Assembly: GCA_030141605.1 (NCBI GenBank)
Contig: JAQGDQ010000557.1
Span: 1-64,000 of the forward strand
Length of the DNA: 64,000 nt
From: Tubiluchus corallicola
Taxonomy: Eukaryota; Animalia; Priapulida
Reading direction: 5' to 3'
Shown here: in pieces, positions 59,193 to 64,000 of the stretch
Layout: every line of letters begins with the position of its first letter
Position numbering within the stretch: position 1 is the first letter of the stretch
Notes under the pieces: model-generated
Database searches by the model: none
Seen by the model: the letters and a program-made list of their open reading frames with translations, nothing else
Told to the model about the DNA's origin: nothing
Position numbers and translations under genes: made by a program

Positions 59193-62100
59193 ACATTAAA
59201 AAATATTATAGGGAATGTTCACATATAGAATTCACTTCCAAATTCTGTGAATGGTTCACCACCTATGTATGTATAATATGGGCAGCCCAAATACCGCAGT
59301 GATGATTTCGCGCCTTAAATTTTGAAACGTTATTTATGTAAAATTTATAAAAATATAAAGTTATATAAAAAATTTGTTTGTTCATTGAGTTGCCGTCATG
59401 ACTTCCTAGACCAGGTGTTCAACTCATGCAAGCGTAGGTACTACTTTGCGTGACTTTTCTAACCCTAACAAAAGGCTGTTCAAACTAATGTGTCCATAGT
59501 TGGAATGTGTCCATTGCAAACATGACAATAAGTTAAAATGGATAATTGCAAAACACATGGAGATAAAAAAGCTGTGTGCTACGTCCACTCTTCCTGGCTG
59601 TTTTATTACATTTGAATTGAACCCTTTCTTTTTACTTTACTTTCATGAGCAGATTAACCATTACTTAACTATTAATTTTTCCCACTTGAGCTTAACAGCA
59701 CAAATCCATTTTTAGGTACTGTTAAACATTGACATGAAAGAGTGCAAAATTTGTTGGAATTGCCTAAAAGGCTAGCTTATTTCACCTCAGATTAATCTCG
59801 GGACCAAATTTAATATTGCTCATCCGACTGAATCAGAATTAACATTTGATGTTAACTGAATCTATAATTTATATTAAATTTTAATTAATTATTCATTTGT
59901 ATACGGTCAAGCCCAAATACCACATGGGGTAGTACATGGCACCCGACATTGGTATAAATCTATGGAGCCAGGTGCACGAACGACAAGCTGCATCAGTCAT
60001 GCCTCCGCATTACGAGTTTTTATTTTTCTCATCCACAGTTGATGATCTTAATTGTAAGCGTAAGGAAGTAAAAAGTCATTTAAAAAATTTTGACTAAACC
60101 AGGACCATTTCAAGTAAAAGTTGTAATCTATGGTCACTAGACTAGGAGCCATCGTGAGTAAACCAAATGTTAATGCATATCAAAAGGAGTGCAAGCAAGG
60201 CATTTGCTTATTTCTTTAAAAAAAAGATAGCAGATAGAGAAGTCAAATGAAACCAAGGTTAAATCAAGTTGCATTTTCTATTCACAATATGTTTTACTGA
60301 GTGCACAGAGTGTACTAATAACCCGTACTACTCAGTACAAAAAATATAAATTTTACAGTCTAGACATTGTAGATCTATTTATTTTGTTAACGGTTAACAC
60401 CAGGGTAATTAAAATGTAACTAAAATATGTGTTAATCTAAATCAGTTGAACCAATGAAGCAATCAAATCATATGAATTGATGTTAATGCACAGGCACAAT
60501 GTTTTCTATGTTGAGAAACTATTGACCAGTGCAGAAGTGATATAAATTGTAGACAATTTTTTTGTCAACTAGGCCCTACTTGACCAAATGCAAACTGGGA
60601 CAAGCAAAATCATATATTGCTAAATGTATCAAAGTATTTGAATCGTCAATCTTAAATACCGTGCTAAGCTGAGTCAGACTATTATAAAAATAAGCTTTAG
60701 ATAATGGCTTGTGCAAAGCGTATTGGTGGTAAAACGTTTACAGCCAGCATTCTTGTTAAAGAACCAAAATGATTTATTTACTGCTAAACACATTTCCTGG
60801 AACAAACAATGCTGTAAAGTGACTTATATAAGTACAGTGATTTATTCTCATTCTACATAGAAAATCTCATTTCTGCACTTAATTCTATCAATTGCACTGC
60901 TGGCAGCATACAGTACTAACATTTTTAACATCTTTAAGAAACATGATATTTTTACGTAATCAAGGAAAACGCCTAACTCTAATCAACAATATTTACTGCA
61001 GCAAATAAACAATCTATAACCATACTAAAGACTTTTCAATATATTATTATTTTACTTGACTGATAATGATTAAACAAATAATGGTAATTTGCTAACAAAG
61101 CTGTTCACAATGATTCATGAATTATGCTATGGCATCTCATAAGCTAACAAAAAGAAACTATTGTAAATAAAACAAGTCATTATAGTTACAGAAAGTTGAT
61201 TAGTCTCTCAAATGATTATAAAGATAAAAACTAATATCCCTGGCAAAATTGAGCTAACAATGTTGATGGTTATCTGCTCAGAAACGTCTGCTTAATGAAA
61301 GTAGATCTAACCTTCAGCTTACAGAGAAATCATTTCAAGTACTCGCACTCAGTTAACAGGTGAATGTGCACCCCAATAGAATGACAAGATATTTCAATTG
61401 AAAAAAATCTACACAATGGTTTTAGCAGGTAATACATTTTATAAATATATCAAAACACAATATCTACAAACATACAATGCATAAAGACGATATACCACCT
61501 ACCGTCATCTGGTGTCCGGCTCATGACCCATTCATTAAAACGTAGCTAACCAAAATTAGCACTTCATTTAATGAATTACGATTCTTTATCGTGCCAATTT
61601 AATGCCATTTAAATGACACCACAGAGACCAAACACAATATGAAAGATGCAAGTAACTCTTTGCCAATGAATCTAAATATTGCAACAATGTTTTATACATA
61701 ACTAATAGCGAAAAAAAATAATGCAACCTCATACGTGTTATGCGAGAAGCTTTTGCATTTCCGTTGTCCTAGAAAAGAATGTTTCATTCTATACAGATAC
61801 GATTACGAACAGCGCTACGTCGTTATAGCACCATTGTACTCAACTTCACTATGTAACAATTACAGTACATAATAATTAAAATTTTCTATGAAGATACATC
61901 GGTAGCACCATGAAGATAGGCTTTTCACTCACAGAAGAATGTTATATACACTAGTTGAGCGTTTAGTTACTATTAATCAGAAAAAGTATTCAGGTATAGC
62001 ATAATTGTGAAGGTATACAACATTTACTGACTAGATACATACGGGTGCTAAGTACTACTGCCAATGGGATGTTCCTGAAAATAGATATTACACTGACAAC

Positions 62101-62544
62101 GGTAGTTTCGCCAGTATTTTACAATGCAGTACAGTGTTTATTATATTATTTTCTCAGTGGTTCAGCACACAAAATATACAGTAAATACAAATATTATCAG
62201 ACTTTGTACACTACAAAACTACATAAAGTATTGCAACACTCGTAACTAAAATACAGAAATTTATATACATTATTCACTGCACTGCAAATTTATATATAAT
62301 GATATATGTAGAACTGTATATTATTTGTATATTTATAGAAAGAAATAGATTATGAAAAATCACATTTCATCATGTTTTTACATCCTTACAAGCGGGAAAC
62401 TAAAATTAATCAGTGCCTGAGAAGACTAAGTATTTGTAGTGCAAGAAACGCCAGTGAACTGGGTTACACGTCAACCTTGTGGATTAATTCATCCACTTAT
62501 GAGGCTTATACGATCCACTTATTGTGTCCATTCAGTTACATGGA

Positions 62545-62823
62545 TTAATTCATCCACTTATGACAGTTTGGTGCACCGCAGTTACAAGGTATCTTATGTT
62601 GATCGTCTTCATAATCAAACTTGTAATCATATGTGAGCTCCTCGCCTTTCTGTAGCCTCCGGTTAGAATAAATGATAATCTTGCTCTCCTTTTCTCCAAA
62701 GTTTACCACCTCCGCCACGCAGTTAGGATTGCACGAATGGTTGATGTACCGAGCAGGACCGCCCGTCATTGTAGCGTCGCACACAGTGTCATCGTCTATT
62801 CTAAACATGTACACACCGCGATT
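62545..62823 (-). CDS. KMT2C: Terminal exon of KMT2C/KMT2D (trithorax-related) H3K4 methyltransferase: SET C-terminus + post-SET; rest of gene beyond window end
   Basis: Acceptor ttttttgcag|AAT. NRGVYMFRID..DATMTGGPARYINHSCNPNC..GEELTYDYKFD.EDDQHKIPCNCGAPNC.KWMN* matches the MLL3/4 C-terminus. Invertebrates usually have a single KMT2C/D co-orthologue. Confidence 0.93.
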   Translation of the reverse strand, partial: NRGVYMFRIDDDTVCDATMTGGPARYINHSCNPNCVAEVVNFGEKESKIIIYSNRRLQKGEELTYDYKFDYEDDQHKIPCNCGAPNCHKWMN

Positions 62824-62892
62824 CTGCAAAAAAGTCATTTCGAATACGTAAGGAATAAATAGAAATGTGTGGAAGAAAATAGCTTATCCAAA

Positions 62893-63484
62893 TATAGTAA
62901 ACTACATATAACTCGAATTGGTATGACTCAAATTCTTGCATAACTCGTGGAAAGGATTTTCTCTTTAACAAACACCATGTAACTCGAATTATCAAGTAAC
63001 TTGAACCGAATTTCCGGTACAATTACTAAGAATCTTGAGTAAAATTATCTCACCAATCTCGAACAGCCTCCCAAGCAAGAAATCCTACGCAAAGATGTGT
63101 ACCACATTATGATTTTAACTGCTAGTTTTAGCAAAAACACTAAGAATTCTTGTATTACCTTAGCTAAACGATGAACACAACATGTCTTAGCGAACGTGGT
63201 TTAATGTAGCTCTATTCTAACGAATACTATAACATGCTACTCACAGTACAATAGAGGTGGACCAGTCATTTTATTTTTGATTATTCATAAAAATTGTTGT
63301 TTCATATTTGATTGAAGGCTCAGTTTGTCATTTTCACAGGCTGTGGTGTTACTAGTGTATTATCCGACATTGATGAGCGACTCAAAATCTTGTTTTCTTA
63401 TGAACATCGTCTAACTCGTACTTTCGCATAGTTCGAACAAATTTTCCAGTCCCGAGGTGTTCAAGTTATACATAGTTTACTGTA
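62893..63484. mobile_element. pogo/Tigger-like MITE in KMT2 intron
   Basis: TATAGTAAACTACATATAACTCGAA ... TTCAAGTTATACATAGTTTACTGTA terminal inverted repeats. Confidence 0.65.
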
Positions 63485-64000
63485 TTGAAAAGTTGTTGAA
63501 AAGTTTTACCAAAGTTTCAAATAAACATAAACCAGTTCTGGTATTAAAACCACTACTACAGATTCTCACAGAAACAACAACGAGCAACGGGTATGATTAC
63601 AAGAAATTATAATTTGACTAATTAGACGGGCTTCATCAGTTAACATATTATTGCCATTAAATATTATTTCCAAGTTAACAAAGACAAAAGCCACATTAAC
63701 TTAAACCAGATAACAGATATCCAGTATACCAGACTTTGGAAATAACGACCTGTATGCGCTGTCGGGATCAGCCTGGTTACAACAGACAAGTCCACTATGG
63801 TGATGTCATGTGGTCTACACCGTGATTACAGGTCGGTGAGTGATGCAACACGTACAGCAGTCAGAGTTCGGGATGAAGCAACTATCATTGCGTTATTATT
63901 CATTTAACTTCTTATATATGGTTTATCAGACTACATCATGTAATGTACAATAAACTCCACATAAGATGGCTACGGACCAAAAATTGTCTGAGTTGCATGA

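Overview
AT-rich eukaryotic (invertebrate-like metazoan) genomic DNA with GT-AG spliced genes; nothing here looks prokaryotic. Genes reconstructed by hand from splice sites and reading frames: (1) a THAP zinc-finger gene (- strand, 4 exons, 3' end missing), whose exon 1 and part of intron 1 are also present as a near-identical inverted copy at 1-1726; (2) an SLC10 Na+/bile-acid cotransporter (+, 3 exons, ~639 aa); (3) a core-1 beta1,3-galactosyltransferase (C1GALT1-like; -, 8 exons) with an unusual terminal exon; (4) TMEM208 (+, 6 exons, 172 aa); (5) a MADF-BESS protein (-, 3 exons); (6) an intronless anoctamin (+, 876 aa); (7) an intronless TMEM209 (-, 640 aa); (8) the last exon (SET/post-SET) of a KMT2C/D (trr)-type methyltransferase (-). 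Between and inside these genes are large simple and compound microsatellites, a ~57-bp minisatellite, several non-autonomous DNA transposons (TTAA/Kolobok-like, Tc1/pogo-like), LINE fragments and SINE relics with 5S-rRNA-like boxes. The most notable points are three. The inverted THAP exon-1 copies differ by one base at the splice donor, so only the unlinked copy is in frame (invertible cassette or assembly artefact). The glycosyltransferase ends in an exon with neuropeptide-like GKR/GRR sites. Two normally intron-rich genes have no coding introns. All exon models and family calls are by eye and need RNA-seq or HMM confirmation.
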